Positions 7,636 to 15,193 of a stretch of 38,796 nt of DNA are shown one piece after another. The notes under the pieces were generated by a model, which was given only the letters and a program-made list of their open reading frames with translations, was not told the DNA's origin and did no database searches. Source of the DNA: a virus (taxonomy: Duplodnaviria; Caudoviricetes); IMG/VR virus record IMGVR_UViG_3300048851_000186, positions 1 to 38,796 of that record; one strand, given 5' to 3'. The translations under genes were made by a program, and so were the position numbers. Every line of letters starts with the position of its first letter. The first letter of the stretch is position 1.

Positions 7636-8183
7636 TGGCTAAGGTCAGATTGAAACGACAGGATAAGCCCAGAGTGCAGAAGGTCCGCGGCCTGCCGGCG
7701 CCTGGCTGCTTGGTGCTCCCGGAAGACACCCGCATGCCAACGGCGCGAATGAAGCTTGCCCCGCAGCCGGATCGCCGCCCAGCGCCGCGCGTGAAGTCGC
7801 GGGAGAGGGTCTCGCGAACCGACGTCGAGCAGCGGCTTTTGACCGCCATGAAGACACTGCGGGCGGTGCCGGATCGCGAGCGACGGTTCTTCATCATGAA
7901 GTCGTCATCGCCCGATTATGTTCAGGAGTCCGTTACTGCTTACGCTGCTGTGGAGGATGTCGCCCCGCGCTTTCAGCCAACGTCCGCCGAGGTATCGGAC
8001 TGCCTGATTGCACTGTCCTGGGTCCGTCACCTCGATCGCGCTGCCTGGCAAATACTGTGGTGGCGTTCATGCGAGCTTTCGTTCGGGGTTATCGGGAAGT
8101 TCATCAACCGGAGCGACGAGACAGCACGTCGGCGCTTCGAAGTCGCCGTCACAGACTCATGGATCGCAGCAAACAATTGTTGA
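7635..8183 (+). CDS. Putative late-gene regulator (DUF6362-like, C-terminal HTH; Q position)
   Basis: VEQRLLTAMKTLRAVP...PTSAEVSD..ALSW...SFGVIGKFINRSDETARRRF; last early gene. Confidence 0.7.
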   Translation: MAKVRLKRQDKPRVQKVRGLPAPGCLVLPEDTRMPTARMKLAPQPDRRPAPRVKSRERVSRTDVEQRLLTAMKTLRAVPDRERRFFIMKSSSPDYVQESVTAYAAVEDVAPRFQPTSAEVSDCLIALSWVRHLDRAAWQILWWRSCELSFGVIGKFINRSDETARRRFEVAVTDSWIAANNC

Positions 8184-8335
8184 TCGTTTCGAAATCGAAA
8201 TAATTTGACTTGGCAAACGTGGCAGTATCGAGCATGTTGCATGAAATAATCGGTGATTTGCGTCGGGTGGTTACGCTCCTTCTACCATTCAGCAGGACAC
8301 GCCCTATCTCCGCTGTCCATCAACGGAGGATGCAG

Positions 8336-8788
8336 ATGAAAAAGCTTGCGATAATAGTCATCTCGATAATGACGGCGTTCTCGGGATATGTCCCGGCACA
8401 GGCGATGCCGAAGGCGCCGATTGTCGCCGCAGCACCGGCTGCCGACGTTCAGCAGGTTCAGTACAGAGACGATAGCCGCCGTTACGTTCCCCGCGGCGAG
8501 CGTCGATACAGCAATCGCTACGATCGTAGGGATCGTTATGATCGCAGAGACAGATACGATCGCCGCGATCAGTATAGCAACCGCCGCTACGATCGTCGTT
8601 ACGACAACCGTCGCCGGAACAACACGGGCGCCATCATCGGCGGCCTTGCTGCAGGCGCCCTCATTGGCGGTGCGATCGCTTCGCAGAACGGGAACGGCAG
8701 CAGCAGCTGCGCAGCGCGTTACCGCTCGTACCGCGCTTCGGACAACACCTATCAGCCGAGCTCGGGCCCGCGCCGCGTTTGCAGGTAA
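8336..8788 (+). CDS. BA14K family exported protein
   Basis: Signal peptide, YDRRDR repeats, IIGGLAAGALIGGAI, and C-terminal CAARYRSYRASDNTYQP..GPRRVC; GGAGG RBS. Confidence 0.9.
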   Translation: MKKLAIIVISIMTAFSGYVPAQAMPKAPIVAAAPAADVQQVQYRDDSRRYVPRGERRYSNRYDRRDRYDRRDRYDRRDQYSNRRYDRRYDNRRRNNTGAIIGGLAAGALIGGAIASQNGNGSSSCAARYRSYRASDNTYQPSSGPRRVCR

Positions 8789-8809
8789 TAGTCCGCGCTG
8801 AAACAACAG

Positions 8810-8836
8810 ACCCCGTCAGAAATGGCGGGGTTTTCT
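8810..8836 (+). terminator. Intrinsic terminator
   Basis: ACCCCGTCA-GAAA-TGGCGGGGT followed by TTTCT. Confidence 0.8.
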
Positions 8837-8842
8837 CATTCT

Positions 8843-9250
8843 TGTGGCCGGGTCTGGCCTCACCACCGCCAAGACGCGCAAGGTCTCGTGGCTCGCGAGC
8901 GATAAAGGAACGAGCAAGCGCATGCCGGGCGTGCTTCCGAGGGGAAGCGAGTACGGGTGCCAGCGGGTGTTGCACCTTCCTGCTGGTAGCAAAACCCAAA
9001 GTGGATGCGATAGAGTGCCATGGCGGTAGGGTTCCGCCCTGTCTTGAGCGAGACGGTAAACCGCTCCCAGTTACCTGCGCCAGTACCATCCCTGGCCGCG
9101 ACCAAGTCCCGTTTCCGGTTGAACGGTTTGGATGGCGACACTTGAAACCGGCAGGCAACGCGCTCCAACAGGAGGCTAGAAGCCTGATAGCGAGGCGCGG
9201 ACCGGGTCAGCAGACCGGTCTACGGCGTGGAGTGGGGAAGCCCCAGCCTC
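8843..9250 (+). ncRNA. Candidate large structured ncRNA (GOLLD/ROOL-like context), adjacent to tRNA
   Basis: No credible CDS. At least 8 local hairpins and several long-range complementary segments; ends ~10 nt before the tRNA. Confidence 0.65.
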
Positions 9251-9258
9251 GAATTTTC

Positions 9259-9334
9259 GCCGCCATAGCTCAGTTGGTAGAGCGGCTGCCTTGTAAGCAG
9301 CGGGTCCGGGGTTCGAATCCTCGTGTCGGCACCA
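9259..9334 (+). tRNA. tRNA-Thr(TGT)
   Basis: 76 nt; TAGCTCAGTTGGTAGAGC D-arm, GCTGC-CTTGTAA-GCAGC anticodon arm, GGTTCGAATCC T-arm, encoded CCA. Confidence 0.96.
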
Positions 9335-9473
9335 CTCACGAGATGAGAGAGCCTCATGACAGACTGGACGCAAGTCACCGACGACGAGTTCGTCGAGAAA
9401 GCCCAGCGCCGCGTCAACCAAGGCCAGTGGTCGGTGAAGCACGTTACCGCGTAACACCTGCCTGCTCGTGCAG

Positions 9474-9737
9474 TTACATCCGTCGGCGTGCCGCTGACAT
9501 CAGCCTTGTGATTTCGTCCAGGACGGGCTTTACGAGTTCGGCATGTCTCATTTCGTGTTCCGGGGAGATGCCAGAGTTTTTGTACCGGTCATTCAGCCTC
9601 GCCTCGATGCCGTCCAGATATGGCAAAGCCGCCGGACCGAACGCCTCCACAATTGCCGCGAGCGCTTCTTCAGCGACAGCCGCGGCACCGTCATGGGTGC
9701 TTGAAAGATACTGCATTGGCTTTTGGCTTTCGTCCAT
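9474..9737 (-). CDS. Hypothetical moron protein (87 aa)
   Basis: GGAGG RBS, start at MDESQ; antisense to the late genes. Confidence 0.7.
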   Translation of the reverse strand: MDESQKPMQYLSSTHDGAAAVAEEALAAIVEAFGPAALPYLDGIEARLNDRYKNSGISPEHEMRHAELVKPVLDEITRLMSAARRRM

Positions 9738-9799
9738 CACACGCCTCCAAATAGTCGCCTTGTGATCAAGACACAGCACACAGCGCAGGGTTTCCGTCA

Positions 9800-10159
9800 A
9801 TGCCTAAGCTCAAGACCATCAAGCCACTTGTCGGCATGATCAAGCCGCTGGTGGGCAGGCCGAAAGGGGAGAAGGCCAGAGACCAGTACCGCCGAGGCAA
9901 CCAGCCATGGCGAGCCTGGTACAAGACGCAGCGATGGGAACGACTGAGGCGCAAGGCATTCGAGCGTGACGACTACACCTGCCAGCGATCGGGCGAGATA
10001 TGCGGCGGTACCGGCAACGACCCGAACACACCAGTAGCGAACCACCGGAAACCGCACCGCGGCGACCCAGCGCTGTTCTGGGACATCAACAACATCGAGA
10101 CCGTGACCAAGCGGATTCATGACAGCCTTATCCAGGCAGAGGAGCGCCGGCTCAAATGA
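9800..10159 (+). CDS. Packaging-associated HNH endonuclease (HK97 gp74-like)
   Basis: WYKTQRWERLR...RDDYTC...NHRKPHRGD..LFWDINN; lies upstream of cos/terS. Confidence 0.88.
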   Translation: MPKLKTIKPLVGMIKPLVGRPKGEKARDQYRRGNQPWRAWYKTQRWERLRRKAFERDDYTCQRSGEICGGTGNDPNTPVANHRKPHRGDPALFWDINNIETVTKRIHDSLIQAEERRLK

Positions 10160-10163
10160 AGTT

Positions 10164-10559
10164 CTAGGCGCTCGTAGGTGGCGGAGAGATCAGGTTGTAA
10201 GCGATCGCTGCCTTGAAAAAATGCTTGTCACTCAATGCACTTACGACCACCACGGCGACTGCTGGTCCGAGTGATAGGTTTGACGTCGAAGCTTGCCACG
10301 CCTTTGCAAGGGCGTCGAACTCTGTCTTGTCGCTGAGTACGATCGAAACCGCCTTGGATTTAGTCTTCGGTATGACGGTTACCGAGTAGTCGCACTTGAT
10401 CGCCTTTTTAGCCGCAGCCGATGCTACTTGATATAGCGTCGGTACCTTCTCGCCAGACCACTTCACTGCGCCGCCGGGACGGTAGTCAGAGCACGTCAAT
10501 ACTAAAGCGAACCCCTTCTTGTGGGTTTGCACGAATTTGTTCCAGTCCATCTTCGACAT
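10164..10559 (-). CDS. Hypothetical moron protein (131 aa)
   Basis: GGAGG RBS before MSKMDWNKF; inserted between HNH and cos. Confidence 0.7.
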   Translation of the reverse strand: MSKMDWNKFVQTHKKGFALVLTCSDYRPGGAVKWSGEKVPTLYQVASAAAKKAIKCDYSVTVIPKTKSKAVSIVLSDKTEFDALAKAWQASTSNLSLGPAVAVVVVSALSDKHFFKAAIAYNLISPPPTSA

Positions 10560-10614
10560 AGCCGCTTCCTCCGGTTGCCTCAGCATGTACGGACCTCTCA
10601 TCCTCGAGGCAAGT

Positions 10615-10723
10615 GGGGGGGGTAGGTAAAGCTGGAAACCGGCTCTTGGTCCGGACCCGCGTCCCCCGCATAGAGAGATTTTTTCCTGTTTGAGAGTTTC
10701 CAGCCGGAAACCTGAGTGGAAAC
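10615..10723. other. Putative cos packaging site region
   Basis: G8 run, GGACCCGCGTCCCCC, T-tract, and four GGAAAC/GTTTCC boxes (10634, 10696, 10706, 10718) just upstream of terS. Confidence 0.6.
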
Positions 10724-10724
10724 C

Positions 10725-11267
10725 ATGCCCAAAGAGAACAAGCCAATCGACTGGGAAGGCATCGAGCGGGACTACCGTGCCGGAGCCATGAGCGTCCGCG
10801 ATATCGCCCGCTGGTACAGTGTGTCTCACACGGCGATCAATAAGAAGGCCAAGGCCGAAAAGTGGGCGAGGGCCGAGCAGCCTAAGCATATAGATCGACG
10901 CGAACCGGTTGAGCGGCTGGCGCGGCCAGTGGAAACCTCGCCTGATCTCACAGAGAAGGGCAAGACACTCGCCGGTCGCATGATGGACGAGCTCGACGCT
11001 GTGACTTCGCTGCATGGTGAGCTCGAGGACATGATCTGCGCCGAAGAGAGTGACAGCCGTCGCCGGCAGGCCTTGCTCAAAGCAATCTCACTGGGTGAAC
11101 GGGCAAAGACGCTGAAGGATATCAGCGCCACGCTGAAGACGTTCAACGAGGTCGCAGCGCCGGAAGGGAAGAAAGCGCAGCGTCAGTCAAACGCTGAGAA
11201 GGCGGCGTCTGGTGGCCGGTTCGCAGTTCGCGGCGCTCCTAAGCTCGCGGTGGACAACACGAAATGA
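10725..11267 (+). CDS. terS: Terminase small subunit
   Basis: IDWEGIERDYRAG.MSVRDIA HTH; C-terminal GKKAQR...GRF..RGAPKL; overlaps terL. Confidence 0.85.
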   Translation: MPKENKPIDWEGIERDYRAGAMSVRDIARWYSVSHTAINKKAKAEKWARAEQPKHIDRREPVERLARPVETSPDLTEKGKTLAGRMMDELDAVTSLHGELEDMICAEESDSRRRQALLKAISLGERAKTLKDISATLKTFNEVAAPEGKKAQRQSNAEKAASGGRFAVRGAPKLAVDNTK

Positions 11268-12955
11268 TCTGGGACACGTCCTGCCCCGACTGGGAGAAAC
11301 GTATTGTTGCTGGACAGTCTCTTATACCGAACCCGCCGCTGTTCCCCGACCAGGCGGAAGATGCGCTCAGCGTGTTTAAAGCCTTGCATGTGGTCGACGC
11401 ACCGGGGCGTCCGACATTTGGGCAGACCGGCGACCGATGGATCTTCGATTTCGTCGCCGCCATCTTCGGCGCCTACGATGCGGAGAGCGGCAACCGGCTG
11501 ATCAGTGAGTTTTTTCTCTGCGTTTCGAAGAAGAACGGCAAATCGACGATCGCCGCGGGCATCATGCTCACGGCGCTGATTTTGAACTGGCGGCAGTCGA
11601 ACGAACTGATCATCGTGGCGCCGACGATTAAAGCGGCCAACAACAGCTTCAAGCCTGCTGCCGACATGATCCGGGCGGATCCAGAATTGAACGCGGCAGA
11701 AGAGGGCTTCCTGCACGTCGTAGATCATCAGAGGACGATAAAGCATCTGAAGACAGGTGCGACCCTGCAAATTTTGGCGGCGGATGCCGGCACCGTAGCG
11801 GGTAACAAGGCGGCATTCGTCCTGGTCGACGAGCTATGGGAGTTCGGGAACAAGGCGAAGGCCGACGCGATGATGAGAGAAGCCGCTGGCGGTCTCGTTG
11901 CGAGACCTGAGGGGTTCCTCATCTCGATCACTACCCAGTCGGACGCGCCGCCCGCCGGCGTGTTCAAGGACAAACTCGACTATGCGCGCAACGTGCGCGA
12001 CGGGAAGGTAGACGATCCGAAATTTCTACCAGTGATCTACGAGTTTCCTGACGCGATGATCGGCAACGGCGAATATCAGCGGCCGGAGAATTTCTACATC
12101 ACGAACCCCTATCTGGGGCATCTGGACTCGGGCCGGAAATGGATCGCCGACGAACTGGTGAAAGAGCGCGAGAAAGGCCCGGAGACGCGCAACGTCTTCC
12201 TCGCCAAGCACCTGAACATTGAGATCGGCATGAACCTCCGATCGAACCGGTGGCCGGGTGCAGACCTCTGGCAGGCGAGGGGCCGAAAAGAGGTCACGCT
12301 CGAATACCTATTGGCAAACTGCGACGTTATCGTGCCGGGGCTCGACGGTGGCGGTCTCGACGACCTCTTCGGCCTGGCATTGGTCGGGCGTCACAAGAAA
12401 ACTCGCGAGTGGCTCTGCTGGGCTCGTGGCTGGTGCCACAATGGCGTGCTGGAGCGCAGGAAGTCGATTGCCAGCAAGTTGCTCGACTTTGCCCGGGCTG
12501 AGGAACTGACGATCGTCGACGACGAACTCGACGACATTTCCGAGATTGTCGGAATCATTGCGCAGATCAAGGACGCTGGACTGCTAGCCTGTGTGGCGGT
12601 CGACCCGGCCGGACTTGGGGAGATGGTAGAGGCTTTGGCGGAGATTGGGATCACCGAGGAAGAGGGTCTGCTGATCGGCGTTCCGCAGGGCTACCAGCTC
12701 ATGAATGCGATCAAGACCACCGAACGGAAACTCGCCAACGGAACGCTGCGCCATTCTGGCGCCGGCCTGATGCAGTGGTGCGTCGGCAACCTGAAGATCG
12801 AGCCAACGGCGACGGCCATCAGAGCCACAAAGCAGAACGCCGGCGATGCGAAGATCGACCTCGCCATGGCGCTTTTCAACGCGGTCACGGTGATGAGCCG
12901 AAACCCCGAGCCAAAGCGCAAGCCGCAATTCCAGATGCTGGTAGTCGGTAGATAG
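11264..12955 (+). CDS. terL: Terminase large subunit
   Basis: SKKNGKST Walker A, LVDELW Walker B, ITTQS coupling motif, nuclease motifs GLDGGGLDDL and KIDLAMA. Confidence 0.97.
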   Translation: MIWDTSCPDWEKRIVAGQSLIPNPPLFPDQAEDALSVFKALHVVDAPGRPTFGQTGDRWIFDFVAAIFGAYDAESGNRLISEFFLCVSKKNGKSTIAAGIMLTALILNWRQSNELIIVAPTIKAANNSFKPAADMIRADPELNAAEEGFLHVVDHQRTIKHLKTGATLQILAADAGTVAGNKAAFVLVDELWEFGNKAKADAMMREAAGGLVARPEGFLISITTQSDAPPAGVFKDKLDYARNVRDGKVDDPKFLPVIYEFPDAMIGNGEYQRPENFYITNPYLGHLDSGRKWIADELVKEREKGPETRNVFLAKHLNIEIGMNLRSNRWPGADLWQARGRKEVTLEYLLANCDVIVPGLDGGGLDDLFGLALVGRHKKTREWLCWARGWCHNGVLERRKSIASKLLDFARAEELTIVDDELDDISEIVGIIAQIKDAGLLACVAVDPAGLGEMVEALAEIGITEEEGLLIGVPQGYQLMNAIKTTERKLANGTLRHSGAGLMQWCVGNLKIEPTATAIRATKQNAGDAKIDLAMALFNAVTVMSRNPEPKRKPQFQMLVVGR

Positions 12956-12965
12956 GAACCATCAC

Positions 12966-14933
12966 ATGAACAGGATGTACTCAGTCTTGACGGTGAAAGC
13001 CGTCGAGGAGGATCAGCGCGTGATCCGCGGTGTCGCAACAACGCCGAATCCCGATCGCGTCGGGGACATCGTCGAACCCATGGGCGTCCAGTTCAAGAAC
13101 CCCATGCCACTCCTGCATCAACACGACCACGACAAGCCCGTCGGGACCGTGACCTTTGAGGCACCCACCAAAGACGGCATCACCTTCGAAGCTAGGCTCC
13201 CGAAGATCGAAGAAGCCGGTCCACTACGGGATCGCATCGAAACAGCCTGGGGCGAGCTGAAAGCAGGCCTCGTCCGCGCCGTCTCCATCGGCTTCCGCTC
13301 GATCGAGCACGCATGGATGGACGACGGCGGCATCAGGTTCATCAAGTCCGAAGTGCTCGAGCTCTCGCTCGTCACCGTGCCGGCAAACGCCGACGCAAAA
13401 ATCTCCACCATCAAGTCGATCGACCGCCCTCTGCTCGCCGCGACAGGCAAAGAGCCGAAGGCGAATGATCGGCCTGCACCTCCCGGCGCCACGGGCAAAA
13501 CCAAGCACTCAGTCAATCTCAATCCGAAGGAAAACACGGATATGAAAACCGTTGCAGAACAGATCGCGGCGCTGGAAGCCTCTCGGCAGGCAAAGTCCGC
13601 ACGCATGTCGGACGTCATGCAGAAGTCCATGGACGAAGGCCGCTCCACTGACCAGGCCGAACAGGAAGAGTTCGATACCCTCTCCGGCGAAGTCGACGCC
13701 ATTGATGGCGACCTGAAGCGTCTCCGCACGATGGAGAAGATGCTGGCCGCGAACGCCAAGCCGGTTGTTGTCAACCAGATCAAAACGTCGGAACTCGGCA
13801 CTGCCCTGCGCAACGGCGTTCAGATCAAGGCAAACGAACCGGACAAGGGCATCCGCTTCGCTCGCTACGCGAAGTGCCTTGCCATCTCGACCAAAACCCA
13901 CCAGCCGATCGTGGGCGTTGCCGAGCAGCTCTACGGCAAGACCGACCCCGATCTGATCGACATCGTCAAGGCAGCTGTCTCGGCAATGACGACCAGCAAC
14001 ACCAGCGAGTTGATCGGCAACGAAGGCGGCTTTGCCGACTTTGTCGAGTTCCTTCGCCCGATGACGGTCCTGGGACGCTTCGGAACCGGCAACATTCCCA
14101 GCCTGACCCGCATTCCCTTCCGCGTCCCGCTCATCAGCGAAGCCTCGGAGAGCGATGCGCAGTGGGTTGGTGAAGGCAAGGCCAAGCCGCTCACCCGTAT
14201 GACTGCCGGCCGCACCGAGTTGAACCCGCTCAAGATCGCAACCATCGCCGTCCAGACGATGGAACTGATCCGGGACAGCTCGCCGTCGTCGGACATCCTG
14301 ATCCGCAACTCGCTGGCCAAGGCCATCGCGAAGCGTTCGGACCTGTCCTTCATTGATCCCACCAATGCGCCGTCTGCTGGCGTACGCCCGGGCTCGATCC
14401 TCAACGGCGTCACGGCGACCCTCAACAGCAGCGCAACGGGCGCCGATGGCGTGCGGGAGGACGTGCAGGCTCTCATCGGCGCTTTCGTAGCGGCGAACAA
14501 TGCTTTGCAGTCTGGTGTCTGGGTCATGTCCGCGACCTACGCGCTTCGGCTCATGATGATGCTGAACCCGCTCGGTCAGCGTGAGTTCCCCGGCATTTCG
14601 ATGCAAGGCGGGACGTTCTTCGAACTGCCCGTCGTCGTGTCCAACTACCTGACGGACTATGTCGCTCTGGTGAATGCCGAGGACATCTGGGTTGCAGACG
14701 AGGGCGGCGTCGACATCGCCATGTCCACCGAGGCGTCGCTCGAGATGGACAGCGCACCGAGCCACGACTCGGATACGCCGACTCCGGCGGAACTGGTCTC
14801 AATGTTCCAGACCAACAGCGTTGCCTTCCGTGCCGAGCGCACCATCAACTGGGCACGCCGTCGCGCTTCGGCGGTCGCTTGGATGGACAACATCACGTGG
14901 GGCAACCCGGTCGACGCTGGCGCCGGCGGTTAA
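12966..14933 (+). CDS. Fused HK97 prohead protease - major capsid protein
   Basis: N-terminal DRVGDIV/LLHQHD/SIGF/LELSLVTVPAN protease; C-terminal WVGEGKAKP...SMFQTNSVAFRAER capsid. Confidence 0.95.
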   Translation: MNRMYSVLTVKAVEEDQRVIRGVATTPNPDRVGDIVEPMGVQFKNPMPLLHQHDHDKPVGTVTFEAPTKDGITFEARLPKIEEAGPLRDRIETAWGELKAGLVRAVSIGFRSIEHAWMDDGGIRFIKSEVLELSLVTVPANADAKISTIKSIDRPLLAATGKEPKANDRPAPPGATGKTKHSVNLNPKENTDMKTVAEQIAALEASRQAKSARMSDVMQKSMDEGRSTDQAEQEEFDTLSGEVDAIDGDLKRLRTMEKMLAANAKPVVVNQIKTSELGTALRNGVQIKANEPDKGIRFARYAKCLAISTKTHQPIVGVAEQLYGKTDPDLIDIVKAAVSAMTTSNTSELIGNEGGFADFVEFLRPMTVLGRFGTGNIPSLTRIPFRVPLISEASESDAQWVGEGKAKPLTRMTAGRTELNPLKIATIAVQTMELIRDSSPSSDILIRNSLAKAIAKRSDLSFIDPTNAPSAGVRPGSILNGVTATLNSSATGADGVREDVQALIGAFVAANNALQSGVWVMSATYALRLMMMLNPLGQREFPGISMQGGTFFELPVVVSNYLTDYVALVNAEDIWVADEGGVDIAMSTEASLEMDSAPSHDSDTPTPAELVSMFQTNSVAFRAERTINWARRRASAVAWMDNITWGNPVDAGAGG

Positions 14934-14951
14934 ACGACGCTCCGAACATGA

Positions 14952-14978
14952 GCCGGTCGCGAAACGCTCGCGGCCGGT
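14952..14978 (+). other. Stem-loop after the capsid gene (mRNA stabiliser/attenuator)
   Basis: GCCGGTCGCGA-AACGC-TCGCGGCCGGT; no U-tract. Confidence 0.5.
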
Positions 14979-14998
14979 ATCCCCTAAAGGAGAGCTCG

Positions 14999-15193
14999 AT
15001 GAAATCTCAGTCCTACATGACGAGAGCTTTGCGCGCGCGAGACCCGCGTTTCGCGACGATCCTCGGAAAGCTCGGCTATGAGCGCAGTGACATGAGCGCT
15101 GCTGAGCCGGAGGCTACACCGGAAGAGCCTGAACCCAACGCGCCAGAGAAGGCGACGAGCAAGCGCAGAACATCCGACAAGGCGACTTCCTGA
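14999..15193 (+). CDS. Small head-region protein (64 aa)
   Basis: AAGGAG RBS; MKSQSYMTRALRARDPRF; TGATG-coupled to the portal. Confidence 0.8.
   Translation: MKSQSYMTRALRARDPRFATILGKLGYERSDMSAAEPEATPEEPEPNAPEKATSKRRTSDKATS

Noticed and set aside
8500-8610. Repetitive CGATCG-rich tract as CRISPR or iterons
   Set aside because: It is a coding YDRRDR repeat with no spacers and no cas genes.
9259-9334. tRNA as prophage attachment site
   Set aside because: It is internal, between early and packaging genes, and I found no duplicated 3' end in the window.
8779-9765. 328-aa + ORF and the overlapping minus ORFs 8661-9158 and 8860-9168
   Set aside because: The + ORF runs through a terminator, the tRNA and an antisense gene. 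None has a recognisable domain; these are likely chance GC-rich open frames.
10560-11015. N-terminal extension of the 10164-11015 ORF
   Set aside because: It overlaps terS and cos antisense; the RBS supports a start at 10559.
13509-14765. Long antisense ORFs (also 15592-16497, 21250-21987, 24868-25962, 6959-7897)
   Set aside because: Shadows of well-supported structural or regulatory genes caused by GC codon bias.
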